Assembly: GCA_013239625.1 (NCBI GenBank)
Contig: MU053881.1
Coordinates: 9,323,957-9,387,956, forward strand
Length of the DNA: 64,000 nt
Origin: Lama guanicoe
Lineage: Eukaryota
Direction of reading: 5' to 3'
A program made the translations under genes and the position numbers. Every line of letters begins with the position of its first letter. The first letter of the stretch is position 1. Of this stretch, positions 12,101 to 25,599 are shown piece after piece. Under the pieces are notes generated by a model. The model made no database searches. It was not told where the DNA came from and saw only the letters and a list, made by a program, of their open reading frames with translations.

Positions 12101-14307
12101 AAGTGGGACGCTCACTGTCCAGTCAATCAGGGTCCTAGCACAACCTAATGGCTCCACAAATCGCTGGCTGAGTGTTAGCTACCGTTTTTCATCTCATATA
12201 GAACCAACTGTATCCATTTATGTTACCTACATTACCTGGACACCTGTAGCTATTCGAATTTCCAAATTCTCCTTTAAACAATCCAAAACTTAAAACGGAC
12301 AGATTCTTTTAATGCAAAGGATTTTTTTTAAATAAAACATGTCTTTATCATAAGATTATTATTTCTCTTTTAAAAGATGCTTTGAGATTTTTCTGAATAG
12401 GATGATAATTTGACAAGACAGACTCATGCATTTAGAGATATTGACCTTAAAACTCCATGGGGAATGGCTTTTATCAGTATCAGAAATTTTATAGCAAAAT
12501 GTGTTTCTACAAAAAGTCAGTACCTACCTGGTCTGAATCTTTCCTCTTTGTTAAAAAAAAAAAGAGAAAACTGTCATCAGGTTTATGCTTCTGTATAGCT
12601 ATTTTGAGAAACGAGTGGAAATTTGGTAAAATGTCCATCCAATGTCACCCTTCGCTAAATGTGATTCAAATCATGTTTGCCCAGGGTAAACGCAAGGCAT
12701 GTTTATGAGCACTGTAATATAACAAAACAAATAATTTTCCTTTCATCAATATACAACAGCTTTGTTCATTATTGAGAAACGTTAGGTGGTAAAGTATTGA
12801 GTGCTATGCATTTTATGCTTAAATCAATGTACTGTCTTGCAGTTACGCCACCTAATGTGTTTTTAAGTCATCCACTACAGAGATCAATGTGATTCTTATT
12901 TGATATTCAGTGTTAAGTTCAGCCTCATAAATTTAGAATTGCACTCTGTTATTTTGATGGTTATATATTAACCACGTTCTGAAAGTTTTATGATTTTCTA
13001 CTCAGCCAGGCTGTAAATCATATGGGGTTCCATACGTAAGGCATAGGGTCTGGCTTGATCTTTATGGCTCTGCTCAGAAGGCAACAGATGGATGACTGGA
13101 TATCTGAGGGAAGTAAACCTACAACGTGTTTGGATAAATACCTGAGGTATGTGAGTGTGAAAGGCATGGTTCAGGAGATTCAAATTGGATAACTCAGGGC
13201 AACCAGCCTGACAGACATGGATAAGAATGCCACAGCGAGGAGGTGTCACAGACTGGCATCCTTCACATTAGTACCATCCCTGGGATGGGCCCTGACCTCT
13301 TTCAAGTTCATGGTGTTCACTGGGTGGTGAGTCTGACAAACATGGCTCCACGGGGCTAAACGTGCAAGGAGTGGCCTCATTAAGAGAGTTGGATCCCATT
13401 GCTCCTCAATCTAAGACCTACAGATTATTTCAGAGACTAAAAATAATGATTGATACCAGCATCACCTCCTGGAAACAAGCTGGGTTGTAACACTGGCATA
13501 AGAGTAACACTCTCTAATCGAACAGTTTCTTACTTCTGTCAAAAACTGATAGAATCAAATTAACAATGGTCATCAAAACCAGTAAAAAAAAAAACACAAA
13601 AAACAAAAAACAGATAAAGCCTTTTTAAAAAAAGATGCCAAAATGGTACAAAATTAGATACAGGAATAAAAATTTCTTTTATATAAATGATCTTCCTCAG
13701 TAAAATTACAGATATCAGTCCACTATAAAATTTTAATCCTTAGTTCTATTCCAAGAGATGAACAGTTGGCAGGATCTCAAATACTCATGTTCTCTGAAGA
13801 TGCCTATGTAGTCCCTTTACAATATTTCTGTCATAAATTGAAGTCACTTTTTTTTCCCTTTCGATGACATATTTTCAGACTCTGCATCAGCTCCCTAAGT
13901 TAAACATGAAACATCTTAAACTAGGACTACACTGACAGACATGACAAAACATTTCAAAGGGAATTATGCTAGGCTGGGCCAAAAGTCAGATCAATTTTGA
14001 TTTAGCAGCATTTAGCAGAAATGTAACAGCCATTGTTTTGTTTCTCCCCCAAACCACTGGAAAGTACAAACTGCCTGACCTTTCTGTTTCCCCTGGTAAG
14101 TATTTCCTTTATTTCTGATTCAAGGGACAAACGTAGTTAAAAAGTATTCCATATTTTCTTTCACTACTTCCAAGACTGGTAAGAGACAATCTCATTATGA
14201 GAACAAAAAGTCTGACCTTGCCCACAAGTACAGGTGGTAACAAGCCAGGTAATCATTTTTCTTACTGAAAGAATATCTGTGGGGCAAAAAAAAAAAAAAA
14301 TCCGACA

Positions 14308-14347
14308 GATTACTGAAAGATAGAAATTGGGCTATCTTTCAGTAATC
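14308..14347. repeat. Perfect inverted repeat, 16-bp arms with 8-nt spacer
   Basis: gattactgaaagatag-aaattggg-ctatctttcagtaatc. Confidence 0.95.
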
Positions 14348-14430
14348 CATCAAATCTTTTTTAAAGAAGGAAAAAAAAATCACATTATATTTGCAAAGTT
14401 TGCCTTTGGTTCACAAGATTGATGTTACAT

Positions 14431-14590
14431 CAGTGGTTCTCAAAGTTGAGTGATCATCAGAATCTTCTGGAGCCACATGGATTGATTCAGGAGGTCTGGG
14501 GTGGGGGTCTGAGAATTTGCGTATCTAGCAAGTTTTCTGGTGAGAAACGCTGAGGCTGCTAGTTTGGGGACCATACTTTGAGAACCATTG
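14431..14590. mobile_element. MER5A-like hAT-Charlie non-autonomous DNA transposon
   Basis: TIRs cagtggttctcaaagt and actttgagaaccattg; internal gattcaggaggtctggggtggggg...gagaatttgc. Confidence 0.85.
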
Positions 14591-15238
14591 CTACAAAACA
14601 CTTCCCAGTGACTTCCGTTCCTCTTTCTCTGGGAGACTGTTTTGCAAAAGAAAATTTGGTCGGGGTCTAAGAGCTTTGCAAATTGTAAAAGTTCCCTAAA
14701 CTGGAGAGACTCGGGTCACCTGTTACATCTAGATGACATTTCAATATAGCTTCCAGGTGAATCTTCAAATCTCACTGCACTCAGTTTGGTAGCTAGAGAT
14801 TTATGCATCAAAATACATCTTGCTCAGCCTTCTGATAATGTTTTTGAATGAAAAGACTCACATTTAAGTAGCACATGTTTTTCTGGCCTTTACATTTCTG
14901 TATTTTGTCCTTTTCTATGCATACATGCGGTTTGGTCAGCAGTAATTTAAGTCAAAACAGAGGCACTTGGACATAAATGTGCTATGATACATATGAAGAT
15001 ATTGTAAAGAGAACACCTAATTACTGACAGATGAAAAAAATTAAGTCTTCATGGTTTCAGGTGCACTCTCCACACTGAGGAGGATGCTTGTCAAAATTGT
15101 GTGAATTTTGGTAATGTGGTTTAGCAGACTGACAGTGACACTATTCTAGATTATTTTCTAATTTTGAAAAACTTCTTCAAATCTCCTTGGAACCCCACAG
15201 TAACATTTTAAGCTAAGTCATTCAACTGCCTCTCATTA

Positions 15239-15268
<30 letters not shown>
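15239..15268. repeat. (TC)5(AC)10 compound microsatellite
   Basis: Read directly from the sequence. Confidence 0.95.
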
Positions 15269-15269
<1 letters not shown>

Positions 15270-15621
15270 AATAAATGGAATAACCAATATTGTAGTTTTC
15301 GAAAACTGAGAATTTACATTAGGTTCATGTCTTGACTCTGAGACTGACTCCTTCTCTTTCAGTTCAAGGCTCAACATGCTCCAGAAAGACTAGACTTCTG
15401 TGTTATGTAATTAAAAGCCAAAGATACATTTTCTCAAACAGTGCGTTTCTAGGTGCAAAGGAATTAGTAATTGGTCTAGTAATTTTACATCCAACTCCCC
15501 AGATTATCAGAAAACAGCCATGGTTATGCAAGCACATATTTATACATGTAAAAACACGGTTTAGCTTTTTCAAAAATTTATTTTAGTTTTGATTACTTAC
15601 ATCACCATGCTGTCCTACACT

Positions 15622-15740
15622 CTTAGCCTCAGAGAGTTTAAGTAACGTGCTCAAAGTCACACAGCTGAGCAAATGGCGGACTCACATTGGGAATCCATCT
15701 CAGTGACAAGCTCATAGTCTTTCACCTCATAACCCTACTT
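15622..15740 (-). mobile_element. MIR fragment
   Basis: ctcagagagtttaagtaacgtgctcaaagtcacacagct. Confidence 0.7.
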
Positions 15741-18700
15741 CCCCAAATTGACTCAATACATTATTCCTCTGTTCATAGAATTTATGCTTACAATTTTTTT
15801 TTCTGGGGAATACAACATGTAAATCAGAAGAATGCCTCTCCAACATTGGGCTTCGGTTACTGGATCACTCGGACGTGGCTGGAGGGATATAGGTCGAGTT
15901 TCCAGTCATACTCGCAGGTAGCCGCCTATTTTGATAGAACATCCTTTACAACACTGAATACAATGCACTGACGTGTACTTTAAAATACATAAAGTTAACA
16001 ATGAAATGAACTCCCTTGTCTAAGGACTCAGAAACACTCCTTCTGAGCCCACGGTCAACCTCTAACTTAAGTAAGTAAGAATGACAGCGCGGCACTCCTC
16101 TCAGGAATTCCTTCTGGAATAATTTCAGCCCTGCTTTATGGACACTAAGGAAGCTGTCAGTTTATCTGATCTTCAAACGCACTGTGAACCCTACGGGGAG
16201 AATCTCTGGCAAATCAGAGACTGTTTACTTAAATGCATTTAACTCCCACCCCCCCTTTTTCCAATACAAAAGCTGCATTCTCTTTAACAATTTACTTGTT
16301 ATTTGGAAGCTTTGCTAATTTTTGTAATTGAATTGCAGGGAATGCAGACATGATAAAGACATGGCAAAGAAGAGTTTTATGTCTACACCACAGAATGGAA
16401 TAAATCAATTCACTGAGCATATGGCTTCTTAGGCTTAAACAGCCCTTTTCCAAGATGATTCTAAGCACCATATTTTGAAAGATAAGGTAGTGGGCTGTTG
16501 TTTTTGGATATTTGCCTTCATAAAGACAGGCCATCTGTCCCAACAAGTGAAAAGAGTCGAACGCTTTGATTGCTATTTTCCTAATCAAGACTAATTCTAG
16601 TCTATTTTACTCTACTGATTAACCAGATCTGACATTACATCTTGGAGGTGTTCACTGGTATCGCCAGTGAAAGAATTCCATGCTGTCCACAGGTATTTCT
16701 ACACATTCCATGGTGAAAATGCAGGAATTTTATTTTCTGATGGTAGAGAGAAATGAAACTAAAACAAAGTACTTATATCATAATGAAAGCATAGAATTTA
16801 TACTTTTTTTAAAAATAGGGGAATGAAATTAATATCAGTTGCAAGGTTCTACCCCACCTCCACTCAATTCTTCTTTAATACTTGCCTTGTGACCTCATCT
16901 TCTAACTTAAAAAAAACACTAAGGGACAGTAGAGGAATTTGAAAACTACTAGAAAATTCTGCTATGACAGATCATCACCAAGTGTTCGAGATTCCATCAA
17001 GGATCACATATGTATCTGGCATTTCCCTTAGAGTCAATAAGCTAAAAAACCTTGAATAATAAAAATGGCATAAGCACTTTTCATATACTAACATAATTTT
17101 ACTTAAAATATTTTCGCTGTATAAAGGAATTATATTCTTCTTATTCAACAAATCAGAAAAACAGAACAACACACAAAACCGTCTATAATCCTATTGTGTG
17201 TGCACGCCACTATTCATATTTTTTGAGCACAAACTTCTAGTCTGCTTTCTATGTGAGTTTATCTTTTTTTTAAGCTTAATTGGTTCTATAATGTGCATGC
17301 CAATTTTTAGACTGCTTATTAACTTAACAATAGATGGGTGAACACTTCCCTATGTTATTAAAATTTCACAATTACTTTTAAAATTGCCCCTTCAGGATAT
17401 GGAAGTGTCTTGGACCCTTTTTGGTACTTTTCAGTAAGTTTATCCACTTTGTTCAGTTTCGATATTCATTTTCTTGAGCCCTGAAAGCTGAGAGAAAACA
17501 AATTTCCATCTTAATTTGGATACACCTCTTTTCACCACACACCACTGTTAGCTACTCCTTATAATAAGAATACATTTTTTTTTAAAAATAGAATGGATGT
17601 AGCTGCTTATTGTTACTACTTAATCCTTTCCAAATGACGTCTCTAAAGCTCTTCCTATGTAGGCAGAGGACTTGAGTTCATTTTGGCAACTAATGTGACC
17701 ATTAAGATGGCCTCCCAAATGATTTTTGGGTAAAGTTGGCTTTTAAGTTTTATGTAGTGGGATTACTTCATTACAATAAGTGACAGCACACCCTATGAAA
17801 TAACTATATATATATATGCTTGTGTGTTTTTAATTATGTACACATTAGATTTTGGGGAAAATACACAGAAAGCCTACAGGTGTAAAATACTATTTCTTGG
17901 CTGGTACCTGGCCTCAAAAGTAAGTACTTCGGCACAACTCTAACATACTCGATAAGCTTGCTATTATTAACTAAAGACTGCATTTCAAGTACATTATGGC
18001 ATCACTTGAAGTAATAGCAACTGAAATGTATCTACTTAATGGAATCGATCTTTCATAAAGACAGTGGTAAAGTATTATCAGAAGTCACTTATTGAACTTC
18101 ATTCTCAATGACATAATAAAAAGTAGCATGTCAGGAATAAAAATGTCATTTGTCACCTGAATCTTGGGCACCTCAGAAATGTTATCAAGAAGTAGAGGCA
18201 TTCCTTAAGAAATACAGGGAAGGTAAGGAATACTCATCTACTGAAGCTTCTTGTCAAAAGATCTCAAGTTCATTCACACTTAGACTCAAACACTGAAGTC
18301 ACATGTAAACATAGAGGTACATTCTTGAGAAGGAGCAATATTTATTGCATTTCTTTTTTTCTTTTTCCAAGTAAACTCCTTAACACTTCCACTTCCAAGA
18401 CTCCTCATGATTTTGAGAGGTGAAAAGATTTAAGAGATTATACTTTGGTGGAGAATAATTTATTTTCTCTATTGTGTTTCTCTAGTTTTTTTTTTTCTTC
18501 CTACGTGCTTGGTTTTCAAGATAAATTTGTTTGATTTGATATCTTTAAGTATAACAAGAAATCACAATGGGCCACAATGGAATTAAGAGGATGCAATGAA
18601 GTATACGGGTTTCTCTAGAAAAACAAAATGAGGGTTTGGTTATGTCTGATTCTCTGTATGAATTTCTGAATACTGAAATAATCAGAATGTAAACAGACCA

Positions 18701-19659
18701 CTGTTCACTTTTTGTACCTCAGTATTAAATGGGGATGGGTTTTCTCTCCAGGGGAAAGGTCCCTTTAAGTGAAATTTGAAAGTAAATGGCGTGTGGATCA
18801 ATATCTGCATCTTATGCTTTTGTTTGTTCTTCAAATGATTTTATTTCATTACATATAATCAAGTCAAATATTAAGGGAGTTCACAACTTAAAAAAAAACA
18901 ACTATTGATTTCTGTCTTTGTTTTGAAAGCTAGAAGATCTGGAAAAATCAGATGCTGATATCAAGGTGACAACAACCAAACAGAGCAAGGCATGTCTCCG
19001 TTAACCTGACACATATTTAGTGCTCTGCAGTTCCCATCACTTGCAAAAAACATGCACGTGGATCTCTAACCACCACACACCCAGTTCTGTATATCCCCTA
19101 CCTGGTTCCTACCAGCATTTGAATTTGAGACCACTATTTTCAAGTACCCTGTCTCTCCACAAATCAGTCACTGCCAACCATCACTGTAATAGTAATTCTC
19201 CAAAACAAGGACAATAATCCTAGGAAAGAAGATGACCTTGAACGTCTCCGAAGCAATGGCAAAGCACATGGTATATTTCAAATGTGTATAGAATGAACCT
19301 ATCCTCATTTCTTTTGTTTGCGTATTTGCATTCAGTGTTTATCAAATGAATTGCTGGTGTATGTTTTCCTTGAATGTTTAATTAATACTGTAAACAAATA
19401 CCGTATTTTTAAAAAATAAATTATTAATCAAGAATTACATTTACCCTGGCATCAGGAAATGCTGCATTCTGTCCACTACCAAATGTCCATGGGGCTCAGG
19501 AGCCCAGCAATTAAACTGATAACTCCAATGACATATCTATAAGCTAAAATTGAAAAAAAAAAACCAAACCCTAAAGTAGGTAGGTATTTTCAAACCTATA
19601 GGAACACTTCATTCCCCAGAGAGGCCATAGGATGCAGACAATGTTATAAAGAACCAGAA

Positions 19660-19958
19660 TCAAATGAATTTACTTACAAAACATAAAGAGATTTACAGAA
19701 ATAGAAAATAACCTTAAGGTTACCAAAGGAGAAAGGTAGGGTGGAGCGATAAATTAGGGATTTATGGTTAGCAGATACAAACTACTGTACATAAAATAGA
19801 TAAACAGCAAGGTCCTACTGTATAGCACAGGGAACTACATTCAATATCTTGTAATAACCCATAATAAAAATAATATATATGTATAACTGAATCACTCTGC
19901 TGTACACCAGAAACTAATACAACATTGACAATCAATTATACTTCACTTAAAAAAAAAT
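19660..19958 (+). mobile_element. L1 3' end, 5'-truncated (older cetartiodactyl-type)
   Basis: aaatgaatttacttacaaaac...caaggtcctactgtatagcacagggaactacattcaatatcttg...ctgaatcactctgctgtacaccagaaactaatacaacattg followed by polyA. Confidence 0.88.
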
Positions 19959-19959
19959 T

Positions 19960-20130
19960 AGAATGAGAAGTGTCTAGATTCCAATCTTGCTTCAGTACTT
20001 ACAGTGTGATCTTAAATAAGACATTCTTCTTGTGTAAGAGTCAGTTTCCTCATCTATAAAATAGTTTTTTGTTCACAGAATTTTGTGAGGAAGAGCCGTG
20101 CTCATTATAATCTAAAACATTTCATGAACT
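19960..20130 (+). mobile_element. MIR SINE
   Basis: gtgtgatcttaaataag...tcagtttcctcatctataaaat. Confidence 0.65.
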
Positions 20131-21194
20131 ATAAATCACGGAACAATACTGATGGTAACTGTCTTAAAAATCCAACTGATAAAGCAAGGATGGTGATTTC
20201 CTGCTGAAACGAATTCACATTTTATATTTCAAGGATTTGACCCGGCCCTGAAATTTTCAATCACTTCTACTTCAGCATATGCAACTAAGCATGCAACTGC
20301 AAAAAATAACTGAGCTCTTTAAGTCCATCGATAATACTTAATTCCATGAATATTCATGCAGAGAATAATGCAATTTCCACAGGCTGCCTAATGTCAGGCT
20401 GTAAAGAGGGAGAAGCTGATTCTGATTTGGAAACTAAAGCAAACCCATCATTAAACATCCTGGATGAGAAGTGACAAGGTGAATTACTACACACTCTGAG
20501 CAAACTTTACAAGTAAGTTTAATTAAACAAGTCTGTTCATTTTTTGCAACCTCATTTAGACACATTTATTTAGGTGCAGCATTTCTACCGAGAGACTTGG
20601 GAGCTACTATCTTGGACTCAATTACTAAAGAAACTCTCAGCACAATCTCAGACTTCTAAAAGGGGTCCTATTTGTATCCTGTGTATTCTGGTATTCTTCT
20701 CTGGTTGAAATTAAAATGGAAAGTTTTAACAGCACATGATAAACAACACTTTAAGTTTAAAGACATGAAAAGGCTTTGTGCTCGGGTTTCTAAAATCCTG
20801 GGTTATCTAGGTGAATCCATGACGTTATCTTTGCCTCAACAGATAATGCTATGAAATGGGAAGACCTGTGTTAGTTCCCCTTTTGGACTGATTACCAGCA
20901 TTGATTTAGTATTTTGTTGAATGCACTGTATCTAAGGCAAAGGTTTGCAGGGTTTACCTCCTGGGATTACAGAGTGAGGCTGAGTTAGGAAAAGAGGAGC
21001 AACTCTCACAGAGCTTTGCTGAGAGCATCTTGTAAGCACCAGCAGGTGTCTCTGAAGTCGTCACTTGCTTGATTTAAAATACAGCATAATAGCCTGGCAT
21101 TACCCAGATTACTTTTATATAAAATATACAAGATTCTCCCAGGACAGGATCATATAATGTGACTGCCTGTTCAAGAAATGGAAACCTGTTCAAC

Positions 21195-21380
21195 AATTAT
21201 CTCATTTAATCCTCACAGCAAGCCAAAGGGACGGCATAAGATGCCTATTTGTACCAAATGAGGAAATAAGGGAACAAAAAGACTATCTACCTTGACCATG
21301 GACCCACAGCTATTTAGCAGCAGAACTGGGGTTTGAGCCCAGAGGCAGGTAACCCCAAAGCCTGTGCTCATCCCGCCATT
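21195..21380 (-). mobile_element. MIR SINE
   Basis: tctcatttaatcctcacagcaa...aaatgaggaaataaggg...cacagctatttagcagcagaactggggtttgagcccag. Confidence 0.75.
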
Positions 21381-21424
21381 GCGTTCGGAAATCATGCATG
21401 ATGTCTAGACACAACAAGCATAGG

Positions 21425-21870
21425 GGCCGCCAAAAGCAGAAACAACCCAAGTGATGACCAACATGGTACATCCATGTGATGGAATATTATTTGTCAATAA
21501 CAAGGAATGATCTATGGATACATTCTGTAGCACGGGGCGAATGTTGAGAAGAAGATGCTACATGAAAGAAGCAAGTCACAAAGACCACGTATTGCATGAT
21601 TCCATTTAGATGCAATGTCGAGAACAGGCAGTTAGAGGACAAGACACACTGATGGCTGGATAGGGCTGTGGTTCAGGGGAAGGGGTGGGGGGAGAACGGG
21701 GAGCGACTGCTAAAGGGTTTCTTTGGGGAGTCCTAACAACATTCTAAAATTCATTATGCTGATCCTTGTGCAACTCTGTGACTATCCTAGAAACTGCTGG
21801 ATTGTCTACTTCCCGTGGCTGAATGTATGCTATGTAAATTATACCACAATAACACTGTTACTGAAAAAAA
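21425..21870 (+). mobile_element. Old L1 3' end (L1MB-like)
   Basis: gaaacaacccaagtg...atggaatattat...gaaagaagcaagtcacaaagaccacgtattgcatgattccattt...tatgtaaattataccacaataa. Confidence 0.8.
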
Positions 21871-24339
21871 GAGTCACAGGAGAAACTTGGAGAAGCAAGA
21901 GCCATCCCTAAAGGGCACCAAGAAGCAACTGGAGATAACCAACACCCAGAGAGAGGGATGTTACAGATTTCAACGGTCAGCAGCCCTGGGTTTACTGTCC
22001 CTGGAGAATGTGGTGAATGATAGGTTCATGCCAGAGCAATTGTGGCAAACTTCCTAGGGAGTCACGGGCAGCCCTGCTGACAAAAACGGTTGAAAGGGCT
22101 TCCTTCAAAGGCTTCTCTCTCGTGAAGGGGCTAGAGCAGAGCTTGATCGTTTTTACTCGCTTGAACTCACCTCGCTTGAGACCCAAGGGATTGTCAATCA
22201 TAATATTTGCCTGCAGGAATCCTGCCTTCACCGTCATGATAGGGTCTTCTGATCTCACCCTAGGCTGATGGATAGTCAGTCATTTCATATATCCCCCGAT
22301 CACCGTCATGAGTTCTTTCTCAGGGAAATGTACCAGGAGATTCTCTGGTTTCAGACCTTTCATCCGCCCTCCTGCCTCTCAAACCCTGCAATGCCTCTCT
22401 CTGCTTCTCCCTGTCTCCTACCCATCTTCAAGTTTAATGACTTTCTCTTGGCCGGGAGACAAGAGAGGCACAGATGGCAGATTTCGAGATTTAAATTGGC
22501 TTAAAATTTAGGTGCCATTTCCTTCATGAAAGGTAAAGGATAGAAATCATTTCATAATTCTCCATGAAACCATTATTTTTAAAGAGAGGGGAACTGTTGG
22601 TGAAGGCATCGTGTTTCACGTTTTAATACATGCAGCTGTTTTCACGCATTTCCCTTAAAAATGAAAAGAAAAAACCCTTGGGTGATAAGAAAATGATTTT
22701 TTTGTTTAATAGTAACAGTATCACGCTATAAAGAACCTCAGCCAAGGATGGAAGGAGGTTAGTAATCATGTCTATACTAATTTCAAAGTCACCACCAACT
22801 TTCTGGGTTATTCCCTCGTGGAAGTTTGTACATCTTTATAATGCCTTCAGAATAATTTATCACATAGTAAAGATTTTAAAAAATCATTATCCTTTTGATC
22901 TAAAAATCCTTATACTTCAACTTTAATATGTTCTTTCTGAAGAAGTTGCCACGTATATTTTCGTCCTTGGAGAAATCAGCAGCAGAGCACTCAAGCAAGG
23001 TTTTAGGGTCTTCCAATCCTATTTTCAAAACATTTCATAAAGGTTTTTTGTTGTGTCTGTCTAGCATGACACATACTTCTGGGTGCAAAATGTGAAGACC
23101 TTCGAAACATTAAGACAAAACCTAAGTTGGTGAGACCGTGAGAGGTGGAGAGCCAGACATTGAAACTAATGGTTTAAAGTTAGTTTAATATTTTGAATTA
23201 CTTCTTGCCTATGGCAAATATGCTAGCACAGCACAAGGAGGCTATGGACAACATTGATTTGTGTTTCTGTCTTTAGGCGACTTCAAACTGTTTTTTTGTT
23301 TGTTTGTTTTTGTTTTTGTTTTTTTACTAAAAAAACGCAAGGGTAGCAGACTTTTCAGTTTAGTTCGGCGTTCCCAGGGAGCATCTTTGTGAAGGCAATT
23401 GCACACGAACTAAATGTTGTAGTATTATTCTCTCAATATCAGGGGTATTTTACTCCGAAGCAACTTTGTTTATTAACCAAAACTAAAACACACACACACG
23501 CATGCCTGTGCACACAAACGCACACTTTGTAGGCTGAGAAACCTTTGAGGAAAGGAACGAGAACCATAACTAAATCCAGTCTCCCTTGTTCCTGTAATGG
23601 GGTCACGTCAAATCCACCAAAAGGTGCACAGTTTGGAGCTTTTAGGTATTAGCTTTAAGGAAATGTTCCTTTTGTCAGGCTCTGTGACTACAGAGAAAGA
23701 CCAAAAGTAACACAAAGGGTCACCCTGCAGCCTGATCACACCGCATCACTGCAGCACCCGGGCATGGCCACCCAAGGGTGGATGAGGCAACAATGTCTCG
23801 GAGTTCTGATACTGCTGGCTCTGAAGAAGGCTCTTTTATTTGAAAAAAAAATTCTATTAGAACAAAAGGCATTAAAAATAGTAATTTATTGAGTGTTTAC
23901 TATGTGCGAGGAACTGTGGCGTGCCTTTGGCTTATGGTGGTGTCCCATGATGCACCCTAGAGAATTCCCTGACGGTGGGAGTTAGAGAAAGGAGAGAGAG
24001 AGAGAGTCTCTGCTTCAGCAAGAGGAAGGGATGGAGACAGAAATCTGCTCAGATGTCAGCATGTCATTTCCGGCTAATACTCACGCTGTGTGTGTCTTCA
24101 CACACTTAATATATCCATGCTTGATACACACTCCTGTTATTATGTTCTGTGCGTTACTCTAAGCACTCAACTTTTATACCTACTTATCACAGGATAGGGC
24201 TGCGCTCACAAAACCATGCATTCTCTCTACCTTAGAGCCAATTTAAGGGATTTTCCAGCGGTGATTGCGTCTATATATGATGATGATTTTACCTCTTGTT
24301 TGAGTACAGAACTAAGGAAAGATGAAACACTGATATAAC

Positions 24340-24530
24340 ACACTAGCTTATTTAACCGTCGCGATGACCTTTTAGAATGAGTGTTAAGATTCTCTTTCGT
24401 GATTTTTCCAAAGATGAAAGAGAATCTCGGAAAGCTTAAGAGACTGGCTCACCACCCAACTTCCAAATTGAGAGAGGTGGGATTCTAACTCGGGTTTGTC
24501 TTACTCTAAAACCTAGGCCTGAACTGCTTC
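24340..24530 (-). mobile_element. MIR SINE (diverged)
   Basis: ttatttaaccgtcgcgatgacc...aagatgaaagagaatctcggaaagcttaag...gggattctaactcgggtttgtcttactctaaaacct. Confidence 0.6.
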
Positions 24531-25599
24531 TTTTATTTAAAAAAAAAAAAAGGTACTGCCAATTGTATTATTTTAAAGGGATTACTGAAAAGCTTTAAAA
24601 AATGACATGGTCTATTAAAGAAAATTTAAAAAGAAAGGAGGGAGGCATTATTAATAATAATTATAATAACAAAATAATTATTATTAATTATTCACTTGCT
24701 GGAGAGGGAGGGAGGGAGATTTGTTTTTCTCCATCTTACATTGTCTTCCACCACTAGGGAAATGATAAAAATCAGCTGAATTTACAACTAAAAATAGTCA
24801 AAACTAATTAATTAACTTACTGACTACAACAAAAGCTAATTTGTCAGTGAGTTTTATGCCATTTGCCAAAATTCAGAGTACCAGTGTTCTGGTAGGAAAA
24901 TGCACTCCCACACCTAAACTTGGAAAGTCGAGGTCTTCTTAGGAAAAAAAAAAAAAGATTTGTGACTTAGTTCTAAATGGATCACGAAAGCCCACTGATC
25001 ATTTCAAATCGGGTATAACTTTGAGTAACTACATAACTACCGAACAGAGGGCAGTGGCTTTGATGAAAATTCTCTGATTAAGCTTGCAGAGAAGCCACAT
25101 TTTTCAGTTAAGCCTTTTAGCCTTTTATTCAGAATATTTTATACTCCCTCCTTTTTAAAAATTAAAGACGTCTTGTTTTATAATAATGCCCCAAATGCTG
25201 TATAAATTATGAGACTCTTACCGACTGTCCACGCTTCTCAGCAAACATAACTCTTAAGAGTTCTAATTTGAGACATTCCAAGCATCTGCCCCTCTCTCTA
25301 AGCATCCTTGCTCTAGATCAAGGTCCTTTTGGACAGAATATGATGAAAACTATCATTTAGCATCACTCCTTTAAGTTGAAAGCCACAAAACACACACAGC
25401 AAGGGGCACGGTTAAGTCATCGACTATATATAAGGCATTGGTGCAGGAAATACAAGGTCTTCACAGATGTAAGGATGTAATGCCTGCTCTCGGCTTCCAC
25501 TTCCTTCCCACCCTCCTCTCCATTAGCCATTTTAAAAAATCAAGCATCAGCAACTGCCTCACTTCAGAATGCTCCATCAAATGCCATCAATGTCAAACC

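Noticed and set aside
21992..22511. Cluster of overlapping 67-88 aa ORFs resembling a possible processed pseudogene
   Set aside because: No recognisable protein, polyA tail or TSD; BLASTX would be needed to revive it.
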